Positions 11,310 through 24,962 are shown, counted from the stretch's first letter. The stretch: 64,000 bases of DNA from Octopus vulgaris (GCA_951406725.2 OX597818.1:143716001-143780000), one strand, 5' to 3'. Notes: generated from the letters alone by a model not told the origin. A program made the numbers and translations.

Positions 11310-14262
11310 TCCTTAAATCCTTAAAATCCTTAAAAATGTTTTAGCCCGAAGGCCGCGGCTATGCTGGGGCACCACCGCTGAATGAGCTACACTAGTTTGT
11401 GAATCCACCTCTGATACGTGGCACTTGATCAACAAGGGAGTTCGATGCTGCTGCCCGCATCCGTGTCTCCTGTCGTGAGGTAGGTTCATCTGGGACTCCC
11501 AACAAGAAGAGATCCAGTTTAGTTTTAAAGAAACCCACATCCACACCATGTAAGTCTCTCAGGCATTTAGGGAGGATGTTAAAGAGCTGTGGTCCTCTGA
11601 AACCCAAGCTGTTGCAGTATCTGAACCTGTATTTTGATGGTGATGTTGGAATCCTTGGCACCACGCAGCGGCGCCCCGTTCTGCGGTTGGAGTAACTTTG
11701 AATGCCAAAGTTTGGGACAAGACCCTCCAGGATTTTCCAGATGTATATCACTGCATATCTCTCCCGCCTCCGCTCCAGGGAGAAGAGGTTTAATACCTTC
11801 AGTCTTTCCCAGTAGCTGACATTTTGCATTGAGACGATTTTCTTTGTGTAGCTTCTCTGAGTTGCTTCGAGTTCTGCTGTTTGTTTTATATTGTGTGGTG
11901 ACCAAAGTTGGGAGCAGTAGTCCAAGCGGCTGAGGACGAATGTTTTCCATAGGACCATCAGTGTCTCCTTCTCTCTTGTTCTGAAAGTTCGGAGAATCCA
12001 TCCAGCTAGCCGTCTGCATTTTATCACCAGATTAGCAATATGCATTTGGAAAGATGCATCATTGCTCATGTCAATGCCCAGGTCACGCACTGATTTTGAC
12101 TCAGGGATTGCAATTCTTCCTGGGCCAGTGTATCCAGTCTTCACGTCATTTACCTTTGTGTGCCAGTAGCGCAGGGCCTGGAACTTACCTGCATTAAACT
12201 GCATGTTGTTGTCCTCAGCCCACCTGTATATTGTGTCCAGCTCATGTTGCAGATGCGCAATATTTTCAGGGTCTTGTATTGCGTGGGAGACTTTTGTGTC
12301 ATCTGCATAGCTAGCAAGGGTGGTCATCGTAGCAACTGAAGGCATGTCTGAAAGGGCCACTATGAACATCAGTGGCCCCAAGACAGTGCCCTGTGGGACA
12401 CCGCTTGTTATTTGCGTTTCCTTGGAGGTGGCTCCATTGCTCACAACTGCCTGTTTTCTGTCTTTTAGGAAGTTGTGCAGCCACTCTCCAAGTTTCCCGC
12501 CTATGCCGAGACCACGCAGTTTGTGACAGATCATACCATGGTCGACTTTATCAAAGGCTTTTGCAAAGTCAAGATATATTACATCCACATTTGAGCCATT
12601 TAGTAGCTGTTTCAACACCCAGTCATAGTGTTGCAGGAGCTGTGTTAGGCAGCCTCTACCTGGTCGAAATCCATGCTGGGTGTCAGACAGTAAGTCATTT
12701 TCTTCAAGGAACATGATTAGTTTCTTACGGACTATTCGTTCCATGACTTTGCTGATGTGTGAGGTCAGAGAGATAGGCCTATAATTTTTAGCATCTGCTC
12801 TGCTACCTCCCTTATGGATAGGGCATATTACCCCCTCTTTCAGTCTGACTGGGAGCTTACCACTTGCAAGAAAGCTCTGAAAAAGAAGCTGTAGCGGTTT
12901 TGCAAGGGCTCGTTTGCACGATTTGAGAAGGATCGCTGGGAATCCATCAGGTCCAGCAGCTGAGTTTGTGTCAATCTCATCAATGGCTAGTGTGATATCA
13001 TCATCTTCGATGTTGATGTACTCAATTTTTGTCTCTTTGGCCGCTGGTAAAGTGGCAAAGAATTCTTCTGGGTTGTTTACTTGCCTGTGTCCTAGAGGTG
13101 TAGTGAACACACTTTGGAACTGTTCGTTCAGTATTTCACTTATCCTCGTGGGATTTCCTGTGAGAGGGCCATCTTTTTGGAAGATAGGTCCTATTCTCTG
13201 GTGTACTGTGGCTGTCTCTTTGGCAAACTTAAAGAAAGCTTTAGGGTTTGATTTTATATTTTCTATTACCCAAGCTTCTTTATCTGCTCTCTCCTTTTCA
13301 TGGGACTGATGTAGACTTTTCTCAGTTTCCATTAGCATTCTTTCGAGCCGAGACTTCTCACCACTTTTGGTGTGCTTGCTCAGGCGGTTTGCAATCCTTG
13401 TCCGTCGTCTCATAAGAATTCTCCTTTCTCTAGGGATCCTGTTTTTGTTCTTGTGTGTGCTGGCCCTGCACATTGGGACATATTTGTCACATATGGCTTG
13501 TATTATGGACATGAAGTGTTTGTGTTTCATGTTTATGTCCGGTGTGGAGAGACATTCAGGCCAATCCTGTTTGAGGATCTCTTTCTCAATCGACTTCCAG
13601 TTGGCTTTATGAAAGTTTAAGTTGGAGAGATGGTGGGTGCTTCGTATAGGCTGTGTGTCTGCGGGGGCTTTTGTTCCATACATAGACAGCTCTATTATGT
13701 TGTGATCCGAGATCATTGTCGGCATCACATTAACATTATGGATAATATCCATATTGTTTGTGAAGCAGAGATCCAGTATATTATCTGCCCTTGTTGGTTG
13801 CAGAACTATTTGCTCCATGAAAGAGGCATTTGTGAGATGGAGCAGGGACTCCACCTGTGCCTGCTGATGGTGTGTCATCCCTGGGAGCATCTGCCCCCCA
13901 GGCCATTTCACATTGGGGAGGTTAAAGTCACCCATGAAGGATACACTGTTGTGCTGCTCAAGGTTGGTGAGGACTTCTCCTATTTTTGTTAGGCAGTCTT
14001 CAAACATGCCTGAGTGTTTTGGGGCATCTGGTGGGCGATATGTAGTGCATATGACGATATTCAGTTGTCTTATGTGCACAATTTGAGTTTCACATACTGA
14101 GTTTGAATATGACAGCAGGACCTGGGGCGTGAGGTCATCTCGGATGTACATTGCAACTCCACCATGGCTCCTCCCTTTTCTATCTGTGCGTATGACTGCA
14201 TATTGCGGCATGTGTATTTCTGCATCACCAATATCGGGTTCAAGATGCGTTTCTGTGAGTAT
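11310..14262 (-). mobile_element. CR1-group non-LTR retrotransposon, young, 5'-truncated within the endonuclease
   Basis: ORF2 motifs, a short 3'UTR with a double hairpin and a (TTTAAGGAT)-type tandem tail; flanked on both sides by (TACA)n. Confidence 0.95.
11392..14262 (-). CDS. LINE ORF2: APE endonuclease plus reverse transcriptase, ~955 aa with no stops (N-terminus missing)
   Basis: EN motifs TETH, YRPP, GDFN, PTR..LDL, SDH. RT motifs QHGF, YLDFAKAFD, GVPQG, YADD. CR1-type C-terminus LDYCSQLWSP..SLERRR. Confidence 0.95.
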   Translation of the reverse strand: MLTETHLEPDIGDAEIHMPQYAVIRTDRKGRSHGGVAMYIRDDLTPQVLLSYSNSVCETQIVHIRQLNIVICTTYRPPDAPKHSGMFEDCLTKIGEVLTNLEQHNSVSFMGDFNLPNVKWPGGQMLPGMTHHQQAQVESLLHLTNASFMEQIVLQPTRADNILDLCFTNNMDIIHNVNVMPTMISDHNIIELSMYGTKAPADTQPIRSTHHLSNLNFHKANWKSIEKEILKQDWPECLSTPDINMKHKHFMSIIQAICDKYVPMCRASTHKNKNRIPRERRILMRRRTRIANRLSKHTKSGEKSRLERMLMETEKSLHQSHEKERADKEAWVIENIKSNPKAFFKFAKETATVHQRIGPIFQKDGPLTGNPTRISEILNEQFQSVFTTPLGHRQVNNPEEFFATLPAAKETKIEYINIEDDDITLAIDEIDTNSAAGPDGFPAILLKSCKRALAKPLQLLFQSFLASGKLPVRLKEGVICPIHKGGSRADAKNYRPISLTSHISKVMERIVRKKLIMFLEENDLLSDTQHGFRPGRGCLTQLLQHYDWVLKQLLNGSNVDVIYLDFAKAFDKVDHGMICHKLRGLGIGGKLGEWLHNFLKDRKQAVVSNGATSKETQITSGVPQGTVLGPLMFIVALSDMPSVATMTTLASYADDTKVSHAIQDPENIAHLQHELDTIYRWAEDNNMQFNAGKFQALRYWHTKVNDVKTGYTGPGRIAIPESKSVRDLGIDMSNDASFQMHIANLVIKCRRLAGWILRTFRTREKETLMVLWKTFVLSRLDYCSQLWSPHNIKQTAELEATQRSYTKKIVSMQNVSYWERLKVLNLFSLERRRERYAVIYIWKILEGLVPNFGIQSYSNRRTGRRCVVPRIPTSPSKYRFRYCNSLGFRGPQLFNILPKCLRDLHGVDVGFFKTKLDLFLLGVPDEPTSRQETRMRAAASNSLVDQVPRIRGGFTN

Positions 14263-17170
14263 GTACATACATACATACATACATACATACATACATACAT
14301 ACATACATACATACATTCGTACATACGTACATACATACATACATACATACATACATACATACATACATACATACATTCATACATACGTACATACATACAT
14401 ACATACATACATACATACATACATACATACATTCGTACATACGTACATACATACATACATACATACATACATACATACATACATACATTCGTACATACGT
14501 ACATACATACATACATACATACATACATACATTCGTACATACGTACATACATACATACATACATACATACGTACATTTAAACATATATACATGCATACAT
14601 ATATACATACATTCGTACATACGTACATACATACATACATACATACATACATACATACATTCGTACATACGTACATACATACATACATACATACATACAT
14701 ACATTCGTACATACGTACATACATACATACATACATACATACATACATACATACATACATTCGTACATACGTACATACATACATACACACGTACATTTAA
14801 ACATATATACATACATACATACATACATACATTCGTACATACGTACATACATACATACATACATACATACATACATACATACATTCGTACATACGTACAT
14901 ACATACATACACACGTACATTTAAACATATATACATGCATACATACATACATACATTCGTACAAACGTACATACATACATACATACATACATACATACAT
15001 ACATTCATACATACATACATACATACATACATACATACATACATACATTCGTACATACATACATACATACATACATACATACATACATACATACATACAT
15101 ACATACATACATACATACATACATACATACATACATACATACATACATACATACATACATTCGTACATACATACATACATACATTCATACATACATACAT
15201 ACATACATACATACATACATACATACGTACGTACATACATACATACATACATTCGTACATACGTACATACATACATACATACATACACACGTACATTTAA
15301 ACATATATACATGCATACATACATACATACATTCGTACATACGTACATACATACATACATACATACATACATACATACATACATACATACATTCGTACAT
15401 ACGTACATACATACATACATACATACATACATACATACATACATACATTCGTACATACGTACATACATACATACATACATACATACATACATACATTCGT
15501 ACATACGTACATACATACATACATACATACACACGTACATTTAATCATATATACATGCATACATACATACATACATTCGTACATACGTACATACATACAT
15601 ACATACATACATACATTCGTACATACGTACATACATACATACATACATACATACATACATACATACATACATACATACATTCGTACATACGTACATACAT
15701 ACATACACACGTACATTTAAACATATATACATGCATACATACATACATACATTCGTACAAACGTACATACATACATACATACATACATACATACATACAT
15801 ACATACATACATACATACATACATACATACATTCGTACATACATACATACATACATACATACATACATACATACATTCGTACAAACGTACATACATACAT
15901 ACATACATACATACATACATTCATACATACATACATACATACATACATACATACATACATACATACATACATACATACATACATTCGTACATACATACAT
16001 ACATACATACATACATACATACATACATACATACATACATACATACATACATACATACATACATACATACATACATACATACATACATACATACATACAT
16101 ACATACATACATACATACATACATACATACATACATACATACATACATACATACATACATACATACATACATACATACATACATACGTACGTACGTACAT
16201 ACATACATACATACATACATACATACATTCGTACATACGTACATACATACATACATACATACACACGTACATTTAAACATATACATGCATACATACATAC
16301 ATACATACATATGTACATACGTACATACATACATACACACGTACATTTAAACATATATACATGCATACATACATACATACATTCGTACAAACGTACATAC
16401 ATACATACATACATACATACATACATTCATACATACATACATACATACATACATACATACATACATACATACATTCGTACATACATACATACATACATAC
16501 ATACATACATACATACATACATTCATACATACATACATACATACATACATACATACATTCGTACATACGTACATACATACATACATTCATACATACATAC
16601 ATACATACATACATACATACATACATACATACATACATACATACATACATACGTACATACATACATACATACATACATACATACATACATTCATTCGTAC
16701 ATACGTACATACATACATACACACGTACATTTAAACATATATACATGCATACATACATACATACATATGTACATACGTACATACATACATACATACATAC
16801 ATACATACATACATTCATACATACATACATACATACATACATACATACATACATACATACATTCGTACATACGTACATACGTACATACATACATACATAC
16901 ATACATACATACATACATTCGTACATACGTACATACATACATACATACACACGTACATTTAAACATACATACATACATACATACATACATACATTCGTAC
17001 ATACGTACATACATACATACATACATACACACATACATACATACATACATACATACATACATACATACATACATACATACATACATACATACATACATAC
17101 ATACATTCGTACATACGTACATACATATATACATGCATACATACATACATATATATATACATGCATACAT
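14263..17170. repeat. ~2.9-kb higher-order (TACA)n satellite with recurring variant cassettes
   Basis: CATTCGTACATACGTA and CACGTACATTTAAACATATATACATG recur throughout the array. Confidence 0.92.
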
Positions 17171-17410
17171 ATGTTGAATCAGTTTTTGTGATTAACTTTC
17201 TTCTCCCTCTTTCTCCTACTCTGTCTTTCTCTTTTCTTTCTCTCTATTTCTCTCTTTCACAAACATACACTCACACATGCACACATTTTAGCGACTTTTA
17301 CCTATACTCCAATATGCACTCACCTGTGTGCCTATATAAACCTAAACGAATACACATAGACAGGTAGACCTGCAATTACTATTTCAGATACACGAGAGAG
17401 TGCGCGCGAG

Positions 17411-17434
17411 CACACACACCTACACACACACACA

Positions 17435-17509
<75 letters not shown>

Positions 17510-17635
17510 CACACACACACACCTACACACACACACACACCTACACACACACACACACACCTACACACACACACACACCTACACACACACACTACACACA
17601 CACACACACCTACACACACACACACACACACACAC

Positions 17636-17670
<35 letters not shown>
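17411..17670. repeat. (CA)n with CCTA interruptions
   Basis: Direct reading. Confidence 0.9.
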
Positions 17671-17671
<1 letters not shown>

Positions 17672-18034
17672 CGCACTAACATACACGTAAGAAGTAACGA
17701 CAAATTGTCTATGCGCTAATAGAGATAGCAGGCAATTCGCTGGAAATACTATGATCTCCAAAGTAGGAAGGACGCATTCGAAAAAAAAATTGTCCAAGGT
17801 ATCAAAAAAAAGTCGGTATGGTTTAGGGCGTAAGACTATTTGATCAGGGCTGACTTGATGGCCATAGAACAAAACAGGTTCTTGCATACCCATACATGCA
17901 CACAGGCAGCATTTATACACGCATATACGAACATCTATATTATATAAGTTGTGTACGTACACACATATTTAACTGCACATGCATATACATTCATAAATAC
18001 ATACTCACACACACACACGCACGCGCGCACACAC

Positions 18035-18120
<86 letters not shown>

Positions 18121-18203
18121 CTCTATTGATTCTCCAGAATCACAGAGCATATTCACTGTATCTTTTTCTAGCTTTATATACATACATGCATATATACATA
18201 CAT

Positions 18204-18280
<77 letters not shown>

Positions 18281-18574
18281 GAGAAAGAGAGAGAGAGAGT
18301 GAGTGATCTCTGCATATGTATCTATGTACATATCCTTACGCACACGCGCGCGCACACCGAACACAATCGGGCATTTCCGTAAAACCTCGCCCTGTCGTCT
18401 GCTTTAACCAAATTTTTGAGCCGTGTTCTGGTGATGTCGGAACATGACTTCTGCCGTCTCATTTCTTCAGTAAATAATACATTGTTGCTCGCAGCTTCAG
18501 CCTGATTAAAGTAATCGATGACGAAAGGTATGCCAATCACAAACATTCGGTTCTTTTATTATTGCTTTAGCTAT

Positions 18575-18960
18575 CTCTTTCACTCTTTTACTCGTTTCAG
18601 TCATTTGACTGCGGCCATGCTGGAGCACCGCCTTTAGTCGAGCAAATCGACCCCGGGACTCATTCTTTGTAAGTCCAGTACTTATTCTATCGGTCTCTTT
18701 TGCCGAACCGCTAAGTGACGGGGACGTAAACACACCAGCATCGGTTGTCAAGCAATGCTAGGAGGACAAACACACACACACATATATATATATATACATA
18801 TATACAACAGGCTTCTTTCAGTTTCCGTCTACCAAATCCACTCACAAGGCATTGGTCGGCCCGGGGCTACAGCAGAAGACACTTGCCCAAGGTACCACGC
18901 AGTGGGACTGAACCCGGAACCATGTGGTTGGTTAGCAAGCTACTTACCACACATGCGCCT
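18575..18960 (-). mobile_element. SINE family A, nearly full-length
   Basis: Highly similar to 6464-6856. Confidence 0.92.
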
Positions 18961-19403
18961 ATTGTTTTATATTATTCAATGTGTGCTTCGTTTTAACGAG
19001 ACAGCTTTGGTAAAATCTGAAGTCGATTTGACTGCTATTTCTGGAAGTTCCAACGACCGAAGCTAGGCTTGATAATTGACTTTTAAATCAGTAAGCTGTA
19101 ATTTAATTGAAACCATCACGAAATATCTTTATTTTCGCCTTTTATTTTTGTTTCATTATTTGTTACTTTTCGTGAATTTGTCGAATTTCCTTCGCCTTAT
19201 TACAAAATGCTGCATAAAATGCAAAACACATATTTCAAATCGACTTATTTTCATTCATGTCTGTAGAACTGTTGGTGTGGCGATTCGTTTTTGTATTTGG
19301 TTTGCAAGATTCTTGATGTGGATTCATGTGTTAGAACAAATTTTGTTGCGCCTTGGGAGTGTCGTTACACCAATAATAACACATGCACAGGTTCGATTTA
19401 CTT

Positions 19404-19740
19404 TTTTATTGTAAGTCAATCGATTAAATATCGAACCAACTAGTCGATCGTTTATTTGATGTACAGGTTAAGGAATCAATCGGTTGTTTCTCTGACAAAG
19501 TTTTTTCGTTGCTGTTCGCGATCATTTCAATGACTCAAACTCCCAAACCGAGGTGAGCAGACGTCAGAGTAGACCTCAGAGCAAGAAAAAAAGGACACCA
19601 AGGGACTAAAAAGGTCGCGAAAAGCGGCGACATAAATTTGACAAACAAATAACGATTATGGATAATAAGCAGAACATTTAACAAACGATCGATTAGATCG
19701 ATTAGTTGGTTAGATATTTAACCAGTTGACTAACAATAAA
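19404..19740. mobile_element. Foldback/MITE-like imperfect palindrome, ~335 bp
   Basis: ~45-50-bp outer inverted arms plus an inner inverted pair TTCGTTGCTGTTCGCGATC / GGTCGCGAAAAGCGGCGAC. Confidence 0.7.
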
Positions 19741-20149
19741 GAAGTGGAAATGAACGTGTGCGTATATCATTATTATTGCTTTGATGACCCTTACAAGACA
19801 CAACATACATACATACATACATACATACATACATACATACATACATACATACATACATACATACATACAAATATATATATGTATATATGCGTGAGTGTAT
19901 ACATATATATATATATACGTTCATGTATACATATGTTGAATCGGTTTTTGTGACTGACTCTCTCTCTCTCCCTCCCTCCCTCTCTCTCTCTCTCTCTCTC
20001 TCGCACACACATGCGCAAACACACTCACACCACACACACACACACAACATATTCACTGTACTCTTTCACTCGCTTTATATACATACATTCATACATACGT
20101 ACGTAAATACGTACATATATGTATATGTGTATGCATATATGTTATGTGA

Positions 20150-20830
20150 ATGTATGTATGTATGTATGTATTTATGTATGTATGTATGTGTGTATGTATG
20201 TATGTATGTGTGTGTATGTATGTATGTATGTCTGTATGTATGTATGTATGTATGTATGTGTGTATGTATGTATGTATGTATGTCTGTATGTCTGTATGTA
20301 TGTATTTATGTATATATGTATGTCTGTATGTATGTATGTATGTATGTATGTATGTATGTGTGTATGTATGTATGTCTGTCTGTATGTATGTATGTATGTA
20401 TGTATGTGTGTATGTATGTATGTATTTATGTATGTATGTGTGTATGTATGTATGTGTGTATGTATGTATGTGTGTATGTATGTATGTGTGTATGTATGTA
20501 TGTATGTATTTATGTATGTATGTGTGTATGTATGTATGTGTGTATGTATGTATGTATTTAGGTATGTATGTATGTATGTATTTATGTATGTATGTATGTA
20601 TTATGTATTTATGTATGATGTATGTATGTATGTATGTATGTATGTATTTATGTATGTATGTATGTATGTATATATGTGTGTGTGTATGTATGTATATATG
20701 TATGTATGCACGTATGCACGTATGTATGTATGTATGTATGTATGTATGTATGTATGTATGTATGTATGTATGTATGTGTGTGTGTATGTATGTATGTATG
20801 TATGTATGTATGTATGTATGTATGTATTTA
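20150..20830. repeat. (TATG)n degenerate microsatellite
   Basis: Direct reading. Confidence 0.95.
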
Positions 20831-21387
20831 TACGAACGCTTCCCCCCCACCTCACACACACACACAAACCATCGCACGGTCGGGTGTTTCCGTGAAAGCT
20901 CGCCCTGTCGTCTGCTTTAACCAAATTTTTGAGCTGCGTTCTTGCTTGACGCCGATGCACAAAGACCGCCTCTGTTGTCTAACTTTTGCAGGTCTAACTC
21001 TGATTAGGCCAATATATGATGAAAAGTATGCCAACCATACCGTCCAGATGTATTTATTTTATTGTTTCGGCAATAATATACCTCGTATTACATTATTCAA
21101 CGTGTGCTTTGTCGAATATCAATTCGGTATCGTGCAATTTGGTTCTTGTATCTAGGAAGTTGAACAACTAATTGTAGGCTGCAAAATTGACTGATAGGTA
21201 AGTAAGTTGTGATGTTATTCTTTTAAATTTTCATTGTTTGGTCTATTTCTTACCTATTCAAATATTTGTTGAACTTATCTTGTTTTATTACAAAATGTCG
21301 TATAAAGTGCAAAACGGGTATCGATGTTAGGGGGGGGGCAGTCCACACTTTTATATTTGTAGTTATAAGTATGGTGCGTGAGAATGA

Positions 21388-21745
21388 GTGTGCGTGTGTG
21401 TGTGTGTGTGTGAGTGTGTGTGTGTATGTGTGTGTATGTGTGTGTGTGTATGTGTGTATGTGTGTGTGTGTATGTGTGTGAGTATGTGTGTGTATGTGTG
21501 TGAGTATGTGTGTGTGTATGTGCGTGTGTGTGTGTATATTGTGTGTGTGTGAGTATGTGTGTGTATGTGTGTGTGTGTGTGTGTGTATGTGTGTGTGTGT
21601 ATGTGTGTGTGTGTATGTGTGTGTGTGTGTGTGTATATGTGTGTGAGTATGTGTGTGTATGTGTGTGAGTATGTGTGTGTATGTGCGTGTGTGTGTATAT
21701 TGTGTGTGTGTGTGTGTGTGTGTGTGAGCGAATGAGTGAGTGAGA
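21388..21745. repeat. (TG)n degenerate microsatellite
   Basis: Direct reading. Confidence 0.92.
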
Positions 21746-23371
21746 GAAAGTTGTTACTTAGAAAGCAGACCAAAATATGTTCATCTTACGATCAGTTGAT
21801 CCTGTTTCTTTTTGTTTGACTCTCAGTGAAGGCTCAAATACAGCCCCCCCCTTTTCTCCGTGTGCATATATGGATACGTATGCATACGTATGTTGAAAAT
21901 GAACCCCCGCATACACATTCATCGTTTTTTAAAAACATTATTTAAGAACATTACTTAAAAGTTTTTTTGGGGGCGAAATTGCTTCAACAGCAATGCAATA
22001 AGGTCGAGAGATACCGATGTTTTTAGTAATATTACCACGAGAACCAGAAATGGAATAAAAGCGTCAACTTGAAGCAACCGTTTTCGAATGGTGTCGTTCA
22101 CAGGTTTTTAAACGAAAGAATTTAACGATAAGCGTTTTTTTTTTCAAACTTTCATTTCGTATTTCAAAAAAATATTCAGACAGTGAATATTTAAAAGAAA
22201 ACCAGGTTTGATAATCGGAAACGAGCAATTCGGAGAACTGGAAATCGGGACCTTTCAATTAGAATGTTTTAAAGAATACCCTACATTTGTACTGACTCCT
22301 GTAATTTCTCGTTTCTGGAGAATCAATAGAGGTTTATATATATGTGTGCATGTGTGTGTGTGTGCGTGTGTGTGTGTGTGTGTGTGTGCGTGTGTGTACA
22401 TATGTATGTATGTATGTACGTATGGATACACACACATGCGCACACTTGTATACTTACATGCACGCGTACGTACATATGGCGAGTCATTTTTCGAAACTAC
22501 CTCTCTCCCTCATCTTACTCTTTCTCTATTCTCTCTCACTCTCTCTCTCTCTCTCACTTTCTTTCTTTCTTTCGCCACCTCCTCTCTTCCGGACACATAC
22601 ACGTTAAAGCAAGAATAATCGGCTGTTTCCGTTAAACAATCGTAATATCGTCTGCTTCAACCAAATTTACAATAGTCTTACCGTTTCAATTGAACAGTTT
22701 TTGTCTCGTTCAAAGAATTTAGATTCTTGCCTTGTAACTTAATATTTAATCAGCTAACTGTAAACAATATTTTAGGTTGTCATTGAATTGTTTGTTGCAT
22801 CTCGTCTTCCACTCTAAAATCTCTCTTAATCAATGCTCTTATATTCCATTAGCATCTAAAATTTTATGCAAGCAAATAGAAGTACCCGTAACTATACAAA
22901 GATAAAATTAACGTAGAAAAGTGTATATGTATCTAATATAAGTGAATTTATGTATTGAAATATGTGAATTACTGCAAATAATGTAACACATTAATTTAAA
23001 GTGTATATTATTCTATAAATCAATTAGGTGAATATTATATATATAATATAGCACATTAATTTAGCATCATTAAAAACTGCAAAATTGCACTACACAGTAT
23101 CACACTGCACACTAGTGCGATTGTGGAACGCCTATTTCTGAATATGAGATGTGGAATTTAGAGTGTATAGTGTGGAAAGTGAAACAGAGTTCTTCAAGAG
23201 GAAGACTAACATATTGCAATAGTACACTTCACTGTACGATTAAGTGGGGAATGTGAAATGTGAATTATGGAGTGTGGCCAGCAACTTAGAAGAGTATCAC
23301 ACTGCACCAAAACACATGCACATTTTCTCTCACACAATTTTTCTTACACTCATACACATTCTCACATCCAT

Positions 23372-23458
<87 letters not shown>

Positions 23459-23999
23459 CACACGCACACATACACTAATGTATCTGCAACACGCGTGCGC
23501 ACAAACACATGCACATATGGATGCACAATCAAACACACATATACATGATCATCCACATAGACACACTGAAATGCGTTTGCACAAATAATACTCGCACATG
23601 TACTGCCTAAGAAGTGATACTCTACGTTATGCAAGAAGTGGCAACCAAATTCTCACACAACACACCTATCATCTTAACAGCAGAAAAGAGACATTAGACA
23701 CAATGTCGTACACAATCACATTTGTACACACACAAGCACACACACAGACACACACACACACCACAAACACACACACACAAACACACATGCTTTTATCAAA
23801 TTCTCAATCACTGATGTCTGTTCTAGTTTAAAGATTGTGTATGTGCATACATATTCATCTGAATATATAGATATAAATCCATATCTACCTATCTATCTAT
23901 TTTTTAACAAAACTGTCCGACGAACGGGAACGTGAAACTCTGAGTAACAGCTTTTGTTATATTTCTGCTGCTTTTAAATAAAGCATATCTATCTATCTA

Positions 24000-24049
<50 letters not shown>

Positions 24050-24050
<1 letters not shown>

Positions 24051-24931
24051 TAGCAGTATCGCCCGGCGTTGCTCGGGTTTGTAAGGGAAATAACTATATA
24101 AGCATTTTTAGAGATGTAAAGTATAATAGCCATCTCAATATGGCTAACCACAAGGGGGGGGGTTACTGTAGCGTTTTACGTTATGAGATTTAATAAATTT
24201 TTAGAGAGTTACTTCCTTATATATGCCAAAAATGCATTAAAAATGGGAAAAATTGATGGTAATTTTTTTTAAATCGTTGACTCATCGTAGACGCGCGCTA
24301 ATACCCAGAAGGGCTCGATATGAATCACGACTATAAGATACCCGGTTTTGGTTAAACTGCACCGCAAAATGTGGGAGTAGTTAGGAATCTAAATCGTAGG
24401 AGACAGACAGCACACAACCTCACTTTTATATATAAACTAGCAGTATCGCTCGGCGTTGCTCGGGTTTGTAAGGGAAATAACTATATAAGCATTTTTAGAG
24501 AGTTACTTCCCTTATAGATGCCAATTCGGGCTTTCTTAGCCATTTCTGTTTTGGTGTCTTCAAGCCATGAAGTCGTTGTTCTAAAAGAACGCTGGTCTCC
24601 TTGACAACGCTTTACGACGTTGATTTCCTTACACTCCCTTCCCCACAGCTCACGAGGGAGGGAAGAAGGGGGAGAAGCAAACAGGTGCAGGTGTGACCAT
24701 GGACGCCAACTCCGCCGCCATCAACACACGAAAAATTATGCATTAAAATGGAAAAAAAATGATGTTAAATTATTTTTAAAATCGTAGACTCATCGTAGAC
24801 GTGCGCTAATATACAGACGGACTCGATATGAATCACGACTATAAGATACCCGAATTTGGTTAAACTGCACCGCAAAATATGGGAGTAGTTAGGAATCTAA
24901 ATCGAAGGGGACAGACACTCACACAACTACA

Positions 24932-24945
<14 letters not shown>
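24050..24945 (-). mobile_element. Head-to-tail dimer of non-autonomous Helitrons (24050-24436 and 24437-24945)
   Basis: Two CTAGCAGTATCGC(C/T)CGGCGTTGCTCGGG 3' ends and two ...GGAATCTAAATCG...TTTATATATA 5' ends; inserted in (TA)n. Confidence 0.88.

Positions 24946-24962
<17 letters not shown>

Noticed and set aside
14263-17170. CRISPR-like repeat/spacer appearance of recurring cassettes
   Set aside because: The 'spacers' are just TACA units of variable length. The context is eukaryotic and there are no cas genes.
20878-20945. U5 snRNA resemblance (TTTCCGTG...TTAACC..AATTTTTGAG)
   Set aside because: The invariant U5 loop I GCCTTTTAC and the 5' stem are absent, and the upstream sequence is microsatellite.
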